A stretch of DNA of 64,000 nt, taken from the NCBI GenBank assembly GCA_965248195.1, contig CBDFIQ010000002.1, forward strand, positions 3,008,001 through 3,072,000, written 5' to 3'. This DNA comes from Longimicrobiales bacterium (lineage in GTDB: Bacteria > Gemmatimonadota > Gemmatimonadetes > Longimicrobiales > Gaopeijiaceae). The position numbers and the translations under genes are program-made. The notes under the pieces were generated by a model, which saw nothing but the letters and a program-made list of their open reading frames with translations, had not been told where the DNA came from and did no database searches. How positions within the stretch are numbered: position 1 is the first letter of the stretch; the number at the start of each line of letters is the position of its first letter. Of the stretch, positions 1 through 10,661 are shown in pieces.

Positions 1-3000
1 TACCTGGACGCCCAGAGCGAAATCACGGTCACCGCGGGCACGACCACGACGGTGACCCTTGTCCTCCGGGAGACGGCGCTCAACCTGGATGGGTTCGTCG
101 TGACGGGGTATGGCACACAGCAGCGGCGCGAGGTGACCGGTGCCGTCCAGTCAATTAGCGGCGCCACGATTACCGAGATCCCTGCGCCGAACTTGCAGAC
201 GGCGCTTCAGGGGCGCCTGGCCGGAGTCAACGTGGCCGAATCGAGTGGTGAGCCGGGTGCGGCTCCACAGATCATCATTCGCGGGACGGGGTCGATTTCC
301 GCCGGTACCGAGCCACTCTACGTGATCGACGGCGTGCCCTTCTCGTTGAACCTGACCAATCAGCTTTCGATCGACCAGCAGAACTCGAATTTCGGTGAGA
401 CCAGGCTCAATCCCCTGGCCAACATCAATCCGAACGACATCGAGAGCATCGAGGTCCTGAAGGATGCGGCGGCGGCGGCGATCTATGGTTCCCGCGGGGC
501 GAACGGGGTGATCCTGATCACGACCAAGCGGGGATCTTTCAACCAGGCTCCGCAGATGAGCCTCCGCGTGACTACGGGCGTACAGAACGCGTTCAATATT
601 CCAGAATTCATGAACGCGGCGGAACAGGTCGAGTACGTCAAGATCTCCCGCAACGTCCCTTACCTAGCGCTTAGAGATCCTGAGAATCCTGCGAGTGCAT
701 TTTACAATCCGCTCTATGATCCCGACACGAATGCCGGCCGCGAAGCAAACGGCGCGAGCGGCGGGCAGATGATTCCAGAGGCGTTTGTGAACTGGGACGG
801 CGTTACGGATACGGATTGGATCGGCGAGGTTCTCGAACAGGCCTCCCTGCGGAACGTGGATCTGTCTGTCCGTGGCGGGTCCTCCAATTTCACTTACTTC
901 GTCTCCTCGAATTATACGGATCAGGCCGGCATCATCGACAGATCCAACTTCCGGCGGCTCGGACTGCGGGCGAACCTGACCATGGAGGCGTCGGAGAGGC
1001 TTCAGCTGAGGCTCGACTTCAATTTCGCCTACACCGACCAGGACCGTGTGAGTGCGCAGGCACCGTATTTCGGTCGGCCCCCCGGCATCATCTACTCGGC
1101 GATGGTCGCGTCTCCCGTGGTGGAGATCTATGACGACGACGGAAACTACCTCCAGCGGGGTACGGGCAGCATCAATGGCCTCGGCAACGGCATGACCAGC
1201 TCCAATCACCCGCTTGCCGCAAGAGACTATATCACCGACGAGATCACGCAGGGCCGCGTCTTCGGAAGCTTCTCCGCGGGCTACGCGGTTCGGGACAATC
1301 TGAGATACAACCTGCTCTTCGGGTACGATTACGATACGAATCGCAGGAACTTCTATCAGGGAGTGCTTCTGCAGTACCGTGGCAGGACGACCCCCGAACC
1401 GTACTCGCAGACCTCGTCGGGGGAAAGCAACAACTGGCTGCTCGAGAATACCCTGACCTACAACGGGTCGAAGGGATCGCACACCTACAGCTTTCTTGCC
1501 GGCTACACGGCACAGAAGCAGTTCGACGAAACGAGCAGCATTATCGCGCGTAATTTCCCGGACGATCAGGTCACGACGATCAACGGGGGAGAAGTCACCG
1601 GTGGAAGCCAGAATCGGCAGGAATGGTCGCTGGTTTCAATGCTTGGGCGAGTCAACTACACCCTTCGGGACCGATATCTTGCGACGTTCACCTTCCGCTC
1701 GGACCGGTCTTCACGTTTCGGCAAGGGGAATCAGACGGGTTACTTCCCGTCGGTCTCGGTGGGATGGCAGATGACCGAGGAGCCGTTCATGCGGGGGGTC
1801 GATTTCTTCAGCCAGCTAAAGCCGAGGATCAGCTACGGCACGACCGGCAACTTTTCGATTCCGAATTACGGAGCGATCGGCTTGGTCGGCAGCGACCCGT
1901 ATGTCTTCGGCGACGCCGTGACGCCCGGTGCTACGCCACAGACACTCGGTAACAACGAGTTGACGTGGGAGACGAGCAGACAGGTGAATGTGGGCCTGGA
2001 CTTCGGCCTGCTAGGAGATCGCATTTATGGATCCGTCGACGGTTATGTCAGTAAGACCGAGGATCTGCTGCTGAACGTGAACGTTCCGTCCTCCACCGGT
2101 TTCGCGACGGCGCTCACGAACATCGGCGAGGTGGAGAACAAGGGATTTGAAGCTCAGATCACGTCCAGGAATGTCGTTGGCGGTTTTACTTGGACGACCG
2201 ATTTCAGCGTCGGCGCGAATCGGAATGAAGTGAAGGCGCTTGGGCCGGAAGGCGATCCAATCCTTTCGAGGGGTGCCGCCGGTGTTCGGCACAGAACTGC
2301 GGTCGGCGGTGAGGTCGGAGCCTATTTCGGCTACGTGCACGACGGGATCTACATGACACAGGCAGACCTCGACAACGCGCCGATCGACCAGGAGGGAACC
2401 GTCACCCTCGGCAATATCCGCTGGAAGGATATCAACGAGGACGGCTTCATCAATGCCGACGACCGCACCGAGATCGGAAGCTACAATCCCGATTTCACCT
2501 GGGGCCTGGGGAACCGGTTCAGCTGGCGCGATTTCGACCTGTACGTCTTCTTCAACGGCGTTCAGGGCCGCGAGATCCTGAACCTGACCAGACGCCATCT
2601 GACGGGTCAGGGGAACTTCAACCATTATAAGAATCTCCACGGGAACTACTATAAGTCTCCCGAGGAGCCCGGAAATGGATTTGATCACATTCCCGATCGC
2701 GGGGACACCGGAGGCGACGGCCGGGTGTCGAACTACCTGGTGGAAGATGGATCCTACATCAGCCTGAAGAACGTTTCGCTGGGTTGGGACGTACCGACTG
2801 ATCTGCTCCAAAGCTTGATGGGATCCTGGGCGCCTGATGGGATGCGCATCTATGCTTCCGTGAACAATGTGTTTATGTGGACGGATTATTGGGGCTGGAA
2901 CCCTGAGGCGAGCATTCAAGGAAATGGGCTGACCCCCGGTCAGGATTACGGAGTCTATCCCTTGATGAGAGCATTTCAGCTTGGCATGGATATCGATTTT

Positions 3001-3003
3001 TAA
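1..3003 (+). CDS. SusC/RagA-family TonB-dependent outer membrane receptor (5' end lies upstream of the window)
   Basis: Frame open from base 1; VVTGYGTQ, plug motifs PLYVIDGVP and INPNDIESIEVLKDAAAAAIYGSRGANGVILITTK, LTWET, C-terminal YP...F. Confidence 0.95.
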   Translation, partial: YLDAQSEITVTAGTTTTVTLVLRETALNLDGFVVTGYGTQQRREVTGAVQSISGATITEIPAPNLQTALQGRLAGVNVAESSGEPGAAPQIIIRGTGSISAGTEPLYVIDGVPFSLNLTNQLSIDQQNSNFGETRLNPLANINPNDIESIEVLKDAAAAAIYGSRGANGVILITTKRGSFNQAPQMSLRVTTGVQNAFNIPEFMNAAEQVEYVKISRNVPYLALRDPENPASAFYNPLYDPDTNAGREANGASGGQMIPEAFVNWDGVTDTDWIGEVLEQASLRNVDLSVRGGSSNFTYFVSSNYTDQAGIIDRSNFRRLGLRANLTMEASERLQLRLDFNFAYTDQDRVSAQAPYFGRPPGIIYSAMVASPVVEIYDDDGNYLQRGTGSINGLGNGMTSSNHPLAARDYITDEITQGRVFGSFSAGYAVRDNLRYNLLFGYDYDTNRRNFYQGVLLQYRGRTTPEPYSQTSSGESNNWLLENTLTYNGSKGSHTYSFLAGYTAQKQFDETSSIIARNFPDDQVTTINGGEVTGGSQNRQEWSLVSMLGRVNYTLRDRYLATFTFRSDRSSRFGKGNQTGYFPSVSVGWQMTEEPFMRGVDFFSQLKPRISYGTTGNFSIPNYGAIGLVGSDPYVFGDAVTPGATPQTLGNNELTWETSRQVNVGLDFGLLGDRIYGSVDGYVSKTEDLLLNVNVPSSTGFATALTNIGEVENKGFEAQITSRNVVGGFTWTTDFSVGANRNEVKALGPEGDPILSRGAAGVRHRTAVGGEVGAYFGYVHDGIYMTQADLDNAPIDQEGTVTLGNIRWKDINEDGFINADDRTEIGSYNPDFTWGLGNRFSWRDFDLYVFFNGVQGREILNLTRRHLTGQGNFNHYKNLHGNYYKSPEEPGNGFDHIPDRGDTGGDGRVSNYLVEDGSYISLKNVSLGWDVPTDLLQSLMGSWAPDGMRIYASVNNVFMWTDYWGWNPEASIQGNGLTPGQDYGVYPLMRAFQLGMDIDF

Positions 3004-3043
3004 CGACTTCAGGAATCCAAGTCCTTTGATGATAGGTGTCAAC

Positions 3044-4465
3044 ATGAAGCTGAAAATGAAAGCGTTTTTGATCGTACCGTTGGTTGTCCTCGTGACTTCA
3101 TGTAGTGAGGATTTCACGATTCTCAACCCGATTTCCGAACGGAATGTGGAAAATTTCTACCAGACCGAGACTGACTTCATCGTCGCAATCAACGGGGCGT
3201 ACGCCACGCTCGCGAGCAATGGCGCGTACAATAGAGCGTACCCTCTGCTCGAGGAGATGCGATCCGACAACACCCAGAACGGAGGCGGATCGACCGGACT
3301 CGCGGAGGTCTACTTCCGCCTCGCGTTCTTCGAGGAGGTGGCGACGGCGTCTGAGTTGTCTGATCCCTGGACCACGGCGTATCAGGGCATCGCCCGGGCC
3401 AACTTGATTTTGGATAGGTTGGATAATCTTTCCGACGCGGACCTCGCGGAACAGATTCGTGGCGAGGCGCTCTTTATCCGTTCTATCTTCTACTACCACT
3501 TAGCCATTCTTTGGGGGAATGTGCCGTTGCAGCTGGAGGCGGTGTCCTCTACGAGCGTAGAGGTGAACCAGGCATCTGCCAGCGTGATCTTCGATCAGAT
3601 CGCGAGCGACCTGGAGATCGCGCAGGGCTTGCTTCCGGCCTCCTATGCCGCCGAAGACTTAGGGCGCGCGACGGGGGGGGCCGCCAACGCGCTTCTCGGC
3701 CTCGCCTATTTGACGGATGGCGAGGACGCTCTGGCGGCGACGGCTCTCCAGCGTGTTGTGGATTCGGGGTTGTATTCGTTGGTCCCGAATTACGCCGACC
3801 TGTGGGGAGCGGCAAACGAGAATAATGTCGAGTCCGTCTTCGAGATTCAGTACAAGGAGGGCGGAACGGGCACAGGAAGCCAGTTCACGGACTACTATAC
3901 GCCCTTTGGTGGGTCTGGTGGAGTGGGCGCGGGTAATGCCCCGCAAAATCTTTCTCCTGGACTTGAGGATATCCACCTCATTCAGTATGGGATTGCGGAG
4001 ACTGACGAGCGCGGGATGGGCGGGACCTTTGACCTGAGCGGGACCGGCGGCGTCTACGTCAAGAAATGGGAAAGCATTCCCTTTGGGCCTGGGGACGCGG
4101 ACAACAACATGCCCGTCTTCCGTTACGCGGATGTTCTTCTCATGCTGGCGGAGGCCCTTGGAGACAGTCCCGCAGCGTATGCTCTGATCAATCAGGTACG
4201 TGCGCGCGCCGGTGTGACTCCGATCAGTGCGGCGACTACAGGAACGTTCGATGAAAAGCTGCTCTTCGAACGACGTTTGGAGTTCATCACGGAGCTGAAG
4301 CGTTGGGCCGATCTGACCCGGTTCGGCGTCGCCAAGCAGGTAATGGCGGCCTTCGCACCGCTTGCCACTGCTGGGAAAACGGAAGCAGACATCAGGCTAT
4401 TCTTCTTGATTCCGCAGCGTGAGATCGACGTGGCTCCCAACTCGATGACACAGAATCCCCTTTGA
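3044..4465 (+). CDS. SusD/RagB-family lipoprotein
   Basis: Lipoprotein signal ending VTSC; GEALFIRS.FYY.L, FRYADVLLMLAEA, ERRLEF..E.KRW.DL.R and IPQ.EID motifs; directly follows SusC. Confidence 0.93.
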   Translation: MKLKMKAFLIVPLVVLVTSCSEDFTILNPISERNVENFYQTETDFIVAINGAYATLASNGAYNRAYPLLEEMRSDNTQNGGGSTGLAEVYFRLAFFEEVATASELSDPWTTAYQGIARANLILDRLDNLSDADLAEQIRGEALFIRSIFYYHLAILWGNVPLQLEAVSSTSVEVNQASASVIFDQIASDLEIAQGLLPASYAAEDLGRATGGAANALLGLAYLTDGEDALAATALQRVVDSGLYSLVPNYADLWGAANENNVESVFEIQYKEGGTGTGSQFTDYYTPFGGSGGVGAGNAPQNLSPGLEDIHLIQYGIAETDERGMGGTFDLSGTGGVYVKKWESIPFGPGDADNNMPVFRYADVLLMLAEALGDSPAAYALINQVRARAGVTPISAATTGTFDEKLLFERRLEFITELKRWADLTRFGVAKQVMAAFAPLATAGKTEADIRLFFLIPQREIDVAPNSMTQNPL

Positions 4466-4563
4466 TTTAGACATCAAGGAACTTTGCGGCGGGCGAATAT
4501 GGGGCCTCGGTCGGCGATTCCCGTGCGTTCCTCGGAGTGAATTTTCCGGGCCTCCTCTCACCG

Positions 4564-6429
4564 ATGGTTCGCGCGAGACTTCTCCTCCTGGCCGCGGTCG
4601 GCTCCCTGTGGTGCGATGTGGTCGCCGAGCAGGGGTTCACTGGCAGCTCCGCCGACGAGACGACCACAATCGTGGTCGACACTCCGATGTCCGTACCGGC
4701 CTGGGCACTTGCCGAGCGGGCGCTACTGGGGATCAACGCGGCCGGTGTGCAGCTGTATGACGACGCTCTTTTGAGCGATCGGGGTTATCTACCGACGACG
4801 CCGGGTTGGGGTGTTGGAAGTGGCCCCGACGACCTGATGGAGAATCTCCGGAAATGGCCGTTGGCTCACGCGCTCGGCGGGCATGATTCGATCATCGAGT
4901 CGTGGGAAAAAGCCTGGGAAGGGCACCTCCAACAGGTCGGTCAGACGCGGGTTCCGGAACTGGAGATGGCCCGAGAGGGCATCTACCACCAGGAATTCAT
5001 GACCTCCTACGACTGGGAGCACAACAGCGAAGGGCTCGGGCCGTTTTACTACTATGGGCTGAGTCGTCCGAACGATCCGCTTTACGAACAGCGACTACGT
5101 CGCTACGCCGGCTTCTATCTGAACGAGGATCCGGGTGCGCCAAATTACGATCCCGATCGGAAGATCATCCGGAGCCTCTTCAATGGAAGTCGCGGGCCGA
5201 AGATGACGCCCGCGACGGTCGACGATTGGGATGGCCCGGTCGGCGACAATGTGGATCCGAATTCGGGGAGGCGGACACGGTTTTTGGAGTCCAGCAATAT
5301 CGTTGGAGACCATCCCCTCAATTTGAACATCGCGATGTTGCATCTACACGCTTACATGGTCACTGGTGATGAGAAGTACCGGGACTGGGTGCTCGAGTAT
5401 GTCGATGCGTGGAGTGAACGGATCGACGCGAGCGGAGGAAATATCCCCTCGAACATTGGGTTGGATGGGACGATCGGGGGTGAATGGGACGGTAACTGGT
5501 TTAGCGGAATCTTTGGCTGGAGCTCTCCCGATGGGGGTGTGCGAAACTATACGCTGAGAGGCCCCCCCGAGGCTTTTGGCGCTGCGCTCCTGCTCACGGG
5601 TGATCAGGCGTATACCGGTGTTCTGAGACGTCAATTCGACAATCTCTTTGCCGCCAGTAGGGTCGAGGATGGTCGGATCATGTTACCGCGCTACTTCGGC
5701 GACGATGGCTGGTACGGGTACGCACCGATCGGTGGCGGTGCTTCCGGTGCACTCGGGAATCATGTGAATGTGCTGCTCGACATCTACATGTGGTCGCAGC
5801 GTCCGGAGGACCGTGAGCGCCTACCGGCACCGGAAGAGGCACAGATGAGTCATCACCCGGACCTGCGATGGATTGACTACTTGGAGGGTCGGAATCCTGA
5901 CTACCCACTCTCCGCACTTCAGGACGGAATTGAGGAAGTCCGAGCAACCGCGCAGCGACTTAGCGCGAGAGGCAACTTGACGGCGAATCCAGTCTCCACC
6001 TCTGCACTGATCAATTTAACCATGGGAGCGAGTGACCCCGGCGGATCGACGCACGGGCCACTCCCACTGCACGCGCAGGTTCGGCACTTCGATCCGGAAC
6101 TGCAAAGGGCCGGGCTTCCGGATGATGTGGCTGCGCTGGTGGAGCGTATCGAACCAGGCAGCGTGAGGTTGGTGCTCGTAAACATCAATCCACTACAGGC
6201 ACGGACGGTGACCGTTCAGATGGGGGCCTACGGTGAGCACCATGCGACGAGCGTCACGACCGGTGACCAAACGATTCCGATTGATGATTCCCACTTCAAT
6301 GTGCGGCTTGAGCCCGGTGCCGGGGCCTCGCTGACGATCGATGTTCAGAGATATGTTCATCAGCCGACGCTGAGATTTCCATGGGACGGCGCACCGCAAC
6401 CAAGGGGCAACCCAGGATTCCCTCGATGA
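4564..6429 (+). CDS. Secreted hypothetical protein, possibly a helical-barrel glycan-active enzyme
   Basis: Long ORF with signal-peptide-like N-terminus; W/Y/D/E-rich, AY.VTGDEKY-type helical motif; inside the SusCD cluster; start codon and function inferred. Confidence 0.6.
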   Translation: MVRARLLLLAAVGSLWCDVVAEQGFTGSSADETTTIVVDTPMSVPAWALAERALLGINAAGVQLYDDALLSDRGYLPTTPGWGVGSGPDDLMENLRKWPLAHALGGHDSIIESWEKAWEGHLQQVGQTRVPELEMAREGIYHQEFMTSYDWEHNSEGLGPFYYYGLSRPNDPLYEQRLRRYAGFYLNEDPGAPNYDPDRKIIRSLFNGSRGPKMTPATVDDWDGPVGDNVDPNSGRRTRFLESSNIVGDHPLNLNIAMLHLHAYMVTGDEKYRDWVLEYVDAWSERIDASGGNIPSNIGLDGTIGGEWDGNWFSGIFGWSSPDGGVRNYTLRGPPEAFGAALLLTGDQAYTGVLRRQFDNLFAASRVEDGRIMLPRYFGDDGWYGYAPIGGGASGALGNHVNVLLDIYMWSQRPEDRERLPAPEEAQMSHHPDLRWIDYLEGRNPDYPLSALQDGIEEVRATAQRLSARGNLTANPVSTSALINLTMGASDPGGSTHGPLPLHAQVRHFDPELQRAGLPDDVAALVERIEPGSVRLVLVNINPLQARTVTVQMGAYGEHHATSVTTGDQTIPIDDSHFNVRLEPGAGASLTIDVQRYVHQPTLRFPWDGAPQPRGNPGFPR

Positions 6430-7694
6430 GCGCACCTGATTCGAGCAAACGTCTCTCCCGCAGAGTACTCATCGCGCTGAGCGCAGTAGGTCCAGGCCTG
6501 TTCTTGATCGGGTACAATATCGGCACCGGCAGCATCACGACCATGGGAATGGCGGGTGCGCAGTATGGAATGAGCATGCTTTGGGCCGTCGTGCTCTCGG
6601 GAATCTTCACGTATGTCCTGATGGTCGCGTTCGGACATCTGACGCTCGTCACCGGCCAAACCGCCCTGCAAAGCTTCAAGACCAAGATCCCGAAAATCGG
6701 CAAGTACGTGGCCCTGTACCTCATGACCGCGCTGATTTTGGGCGAACTCGTCGCCCTGATCGGAGTCATGGGAATCGTTTCGGAGTTGATCCAGGAAGGG
6801 ATACGTCTCGCCTCGGCGGGCCAGACCCTCATGATTCCCACCGTGCGGATCATTCTGGTCGTTAGCACCGGGATCTTCCTGATGCTTTGGTTTGGCCAGT
6901 ACAAGCTCTTCGAAAAAGTCCTGACTGCGTTCGTGATCCTCATGGTGTTCTGTTTCGTTGCGGTCTTCTTCGTGGTGTCTCCTTCCTATTCGGCGATTAT
7001 GGCGGGACTGGTTCCCGCCATACCTAGCACGCCTGACGCCAGCCGGCTCATCGCGGCAATGGCCGGAACGACCGCTTCGGCGGCCGTTTTCATTGTTCGA
7101 AGTACGGTCATTGCCGAGAAGGGTTGGACGATTGATGATCTCCAACACGAGAAAAGGGATGCCTTCGTGTCCGCGTCCGTGATGGTCTTTCTGAGCACGG
7201 TCGTCATGGCTGTAGCGGCGGGAACCCTGCACGTCACGGGCACGACGATGGAATCGACTCTCGAGATGATCGGACTTCTCGAGCCGATCGGGGGCGACCT
7301 CGCCGCCTTCTTGTTGATCATCGGGGTTGCTGGGGCCGGTCTCTCCACGGTCTTTCCTATCGTCCTGATCGCCCCGTGGTTGGTGGCGGATTACATGGGC
7401 TGGAAGCGGGACCTGCGATCCCCGGCCTTCAGGCTGTTGATCGGGGTAGGGCTGATCTTTTCCTTTGGTTCGGTCCTCTTGGAGCAGACGCCGCCGGTGC
7501 TGATGGTCGTCGCCATGGCGCTTCAGGCCGCGATCTTACCCGCCGTGGCCATCCCCGTCTTTCATCTGCTGAACAAGAAGGAGGTGATGGGTGAAGAGTA
7601 CCTGCCTTCAGGGAAGTGGAATGCCGGCCTGATCGCGGTGATCCTGTTCTCCCTGGTGACGACCTGGTTCGCGGTTGAAGGTCTCCTCGGTTGA
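6426..7694 (+). CDS. NRAMP-family (YcsG-like) permease
   Basis: About 11 hydrophobic segments; GPG...IGTGSITT..AGAQYG.S.LW N-terminal motif; ATGA overlap with the upstream gene. Confidence 0.8.
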   Translation: MSAPDSSKRLSRRVLIALSAVGPGLFLIGYNIGTGSITTMGMAGAQYGMSMLWAVVLSGIFTYVLMVAFGHLTLVTGQTALQSFKTKIPKIGKYVALYLMTALILGELVALIGVMGIVSELIQEGIRLASAGQTLMIPTVRIILVVSTGIFLMLWFGQYKLFEKVLTAFVILMVFCFVAVFFVVSPSYSAIMAGLVPAIPSTPDASRLIAAMAGTTASAAVFIVRSTVIAEKGWTIDDLQHEKRDAFVSASVMVFLSTVVMAVAAGTLHVTGTTMESTLEMIGLLEPIGGDLAAFLLIIGVAGAGLSTVFPIVLIAPWLVADYMGWKRDLRSPAFRLLIGVGLIFSFGSVLLEQTPPVLMVVAMALQAAILPAVAIPVFHLLNKKEVMGEEYLPSGKWNAGLIAVILFSLVTTWFAVEGLLG

Positions 7695-7888
7695 TCGACA
7701 ACGCCCCGATGACCCCGCGCTGTTCGAAACGTCCTCCTTCTGGACGGATTTTCGGCGGCAGAAGATTAGTTCAAGCACACCTGGGAAGATGGCCCGTCGT
7801 CTCCTCTGAGTATTCCTCTGGGGAGAAGCGGTGAACAGAGGCACTGATGCGTGAGACGTCCCACCACTTCGAGGCTACAAGGAATCGC

Positions 7889-10558
7889 ATGAAGAAGCTC
7901 CTGACGGCAGTATTCGCGACCGCAAACATGCTACTGCTCCTCCCGGCCATCCTCTTGGCTCAGATCCCGGTCACGGTCGACGGGGAGCAGGCGGGGGCGC
8001 CGGTGACCTTCGGAATCCCCTTCCCGCGAGGGGAGTTGAGCTCCGCGGCTAATGTGCGGGTTTTGAACAGGGCTGGAGAAGAGATCGCGTCGCAGATCAC
8101 CCCAGTTACGACCTGGCTCCCCGCTGATGAGAGCATCAAATGGATCTGGGTCGACTTCTTCACAGATGGATCCGGACGGTACACGATCGACTACGGTCCG
8201 GATGTCCGGCGGACCGTACAGACGACGTCGCCGATACAGTTTGTGAACAACCAACGGGCAAACGGGGGTGCGGCGATCGACACCGGTCCGCTCCGGTTTC
8301 GGGTGCAGAAGGGCGGTAACAGTAGCGGATTCATCGATCAGGTCGAGTTCAATCCGGACGGCGACGAATTTGGGGCAGAAGACCTGATCGCCCAGGGGAT
8401 CAGAGGGCGAGGGTCCTTCCTGGACCTGTTGGACGGAAACGGGATCGATCCCTCCTCGGCCGTCATCCTCCAGACCTTCATTGAGAAGGGTTCCGGCCCC
8501 ATGCACGCCATCGTTCGCGTTGAGGGCGAATACCGTTACGGGCAGCCCGATCACTTACCGTCGCCATTTGTGGCCTACATCCATGCATATGCCGGAATGT
8601 CGCACGTGAGGGTCCTTCACACGATCACCTACACCGGGACACCCGATCAGAGCGCCCCCCTCGACGGCGGACAGCACCGCGACATCGCGACGCAGGCAGA
8701 GTTGATCATCGATGAGGCGGCTCGAAGCAGAGACCCCGGCCTCACGGTGCCGAAGGACATGATCGCCGGAGCTGGGTTCGGTCTCACCTACAACATCGAG
8801 GGCGATCCGGTCTTCAGAACGGGCCTCAGGGAAGGAGCTTGGTGGGACGCAGGTGAGCCGGATCTCTTCGAGGTGCCGGCGGGCGTCGAGTCGCGCTTCT
8901 CCGTGTATCAGACTGGACCGGATCCGAACGGGATCCCGCCGGTCATCGAATCCGGCCTGGACGAGCGGATGGGCGGATTCTCCGCCCGGGTCGAGACCGA
9001 CCGAATCCTACGGGAAGCGGAGCGGGCCGAGGGCTGGATCGACTTTTCGGATAGCCAGCGAGGCGTCAGCATCGGGATCAGGAACATGCTGGAGGAATAC
9101 CCGAACCAATTGGAGGTGGACCTCGAACAGGACCAGATCCACGCCTACATTTGGCCGCCGAGTGAGGTGCCGAAGAGCTTCGAGCGCGCGAATTCTCGGG
9201 GTGACGGCGGGATGGTCGGGAATTTTGCACAGGGCATCACCAAGACGACCGAGCTCGTTTTGAATTTTCACGATGGAGCTCAGGACATCGCCGAGGTGCG
9301 GGCAACCATGAATTCCGTACTCGATCCGGCGGTCGCCCACGCCCGGGCCGAGTGGTATCGGGATTCTGGTGTGTACGGAACCTATGCGATCGCCGACAAC
9401 GACATCCCGGTCCTAGAGAGAGGTCTGCAATACAAGTTCGATTACATGCAGTTCAACCAGGCCTGGGCCCCCTGGTATGGGATGTTCGACTACGGGGACC
9501 TGAAGCTCTACTTCCGGGGTGGGCGGTGGGGCACTTGGGGGAACAACGAACCCGCCCAAGATCTTCAGTGGTGGATGAATTTCATGCGGACGGGGGACCG
9601 AGGTGACTACCTGACGGCGGAGGCGATGAGTCGCCACACGATGGATGTCGACAACTTGCATTGGCCCACCGGTCCCGTATATCGCGGCGACACCAATTCC
9701 GCACTGGATTACTGGCAGTCTCTCGAACAACCGGAGGGCAGCCCCTACCTGGGAATGGGCTCCCGGCATTCGAATCAGCAGGCGGTTTCAAAGCTCTCGG
9801 CCCACGTATGGGTGCCCGGTTGGATCGCGAGCTATTACCTGAGCGGATATCACCGGGGGCTCGAGGTCGCGCGCCTCACCGGTGACTACTACCTGCGAAG
9901 GATCTTCGGGGAGCACGGTCTGACCGGGCGCCGCCTGTACCTTTCGGTCTGGAACCTCTCCGAGCTGTATGGCGCGACGAATGACGACGAGTATCTGGCG
10001 GAACTTCAGTACAGGGTCGATCACGTGCTCGAGTTGCAGAAGAACCAGGGCGGCCGCATGGTCATCGACCGCTACGGTTACTCCCAGAATTACGCCTCCC
10101 ATGGGTTGAGCAAGTATCGACAGCTGTTCGACGACCGAGAGGTAGAGCTCTCGCAGATCACCCACGCGACAAGCTTGCTCCTGAATCCACCCTTCGACCA
10201 CGAGATGGAGTCGTATCTCTCGAGCATTCATGCGTTGGTCGTCGGCTACGATTTGACGGGAGACCGCGCGTTCCTGGCGGAGGCCTGCCAGCGGGCGGTG
10301 AATCTGCGAACTGCTGAAATGGCCCAACCGTTCGAGAGTTACACGACCCAGCGCGCCCTCGTCGCACAGATGGAGGCCGTGAGCAACCTGCCCGGGCGAC
10401 CGATAGGCGACGCCGTGTTTTCCGGTGAGAGGGGGCCGATCTGGAACTTCTCGGGCGGGCTACGAATCTTCGGATGGACTCACGTAAATGGCGTCCCCTA
10501 CCTCATCGACCGGCTACAGTCGGCCGATGAAGTTCTCGGAGATCTCCCGTGTGTCTAA
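7889..10558 (+). CDS. Secreted YetA/PcRGLX-like (exo-rhamnogalacturonan lyase, PL26-like) protein
   Basis: Signal peptide MKKLLTAV; PVTFGIPFPRGEL...W..D.SIKW N-domain; WYGMFDYGD...W.NNE and SRHTMDVD motifs. Confidence 0.6.
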   Translation: MKKLLTAVFATANMLLLLPAILLAQIPVTVDGEQAGAPVTFGIPFPRGELSSAANVRVLNRAGEEIASQITPVTTWLPADESIKWIWVDFFTDGSGRYTIDYGPDVRRTVQTTSPIQFVNNQRANGGAAIDTGPLRFRVQKGGNSSGFIDQVEFNPDGDEFGAEDLIAQGIRGRGSFLDLLDGNGIDPSSAVILQTFIEKGSGPMHAIVRVEGEYRYGQPDHLPSPFVAYIHAYAGMSHVRVLHTITYTGTPDQSAPLDGGQHRDIATQAELIIDEAARSRDPGLTVPKDMIAGAGFGLTYNIEGDPVFRTGLREGAWWDAGEPDLFEVPAGVESRFSVYQTGPDPNGIPPVIESGLDERMGGFSARVETDRILREAERAEGWIDFSDSQRGVSIGIRNMLEEYPNQLEVDLEQDQIHAYIWPPSEVPKSFERANSRGDGGMVGNFAQGITKTTELVLNFHDGAQDIAEVRATMNSVLDPAVAHARAEWYRDSGVYGTYAIADNDIPVLERGLQYKFDYMQFNQAWAPWYGMFDYGDLKLYFRGGRWGTWGNNEPAQDLQWWMNFMRTGDRGDYLTAEAMSRHTMDVDNLHWPTGPVYRGDTNSALDYWQSLEQPEGSPYLGMGSRHSNQQAVSKLSAHVWVPGWIASYYLSGYHRGLEVARLTGDYYLRRIFGEHGLTGRRLYLSVWNLSELYGATNDDEYLAELQYRVDHVLELQKNQGGRMVIDRYGYSQNYASHGLSKYRQLFDDREVELSQITHATSLLLNPPFDHEMESYLSSIHALVVGYDLTGDRAFLAEACQRAVNLRTAEMAQPFESYTTQRALVAQMEAVSNLPGRPIGDAVFSGERGPIWNFSGGLRIFGWTHVNGVPYLIDRLQSADEVLGDLPCV

Positions 10559-10611
10559 CCCGCGGAGCTCGTCCCAAGTAGGCTTCGACGAGTCGCGTCC
10601 TCGACGACGGG

Positions 10612-10654
10612 GAGCACCACGGCAGGAGCCCGTCGGCTCCGGCCGTGGTGCCTC
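10612..10654. terminator. GC-rich hairpin between convergent genes
   Basis: gcaccacggc-a-ggagcc / ggctcc-g-gccgtggtgc inverted repeat; no clear U-tract. Confidence 0.45.
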
Positions 10655-10661
10655 ACCCACC

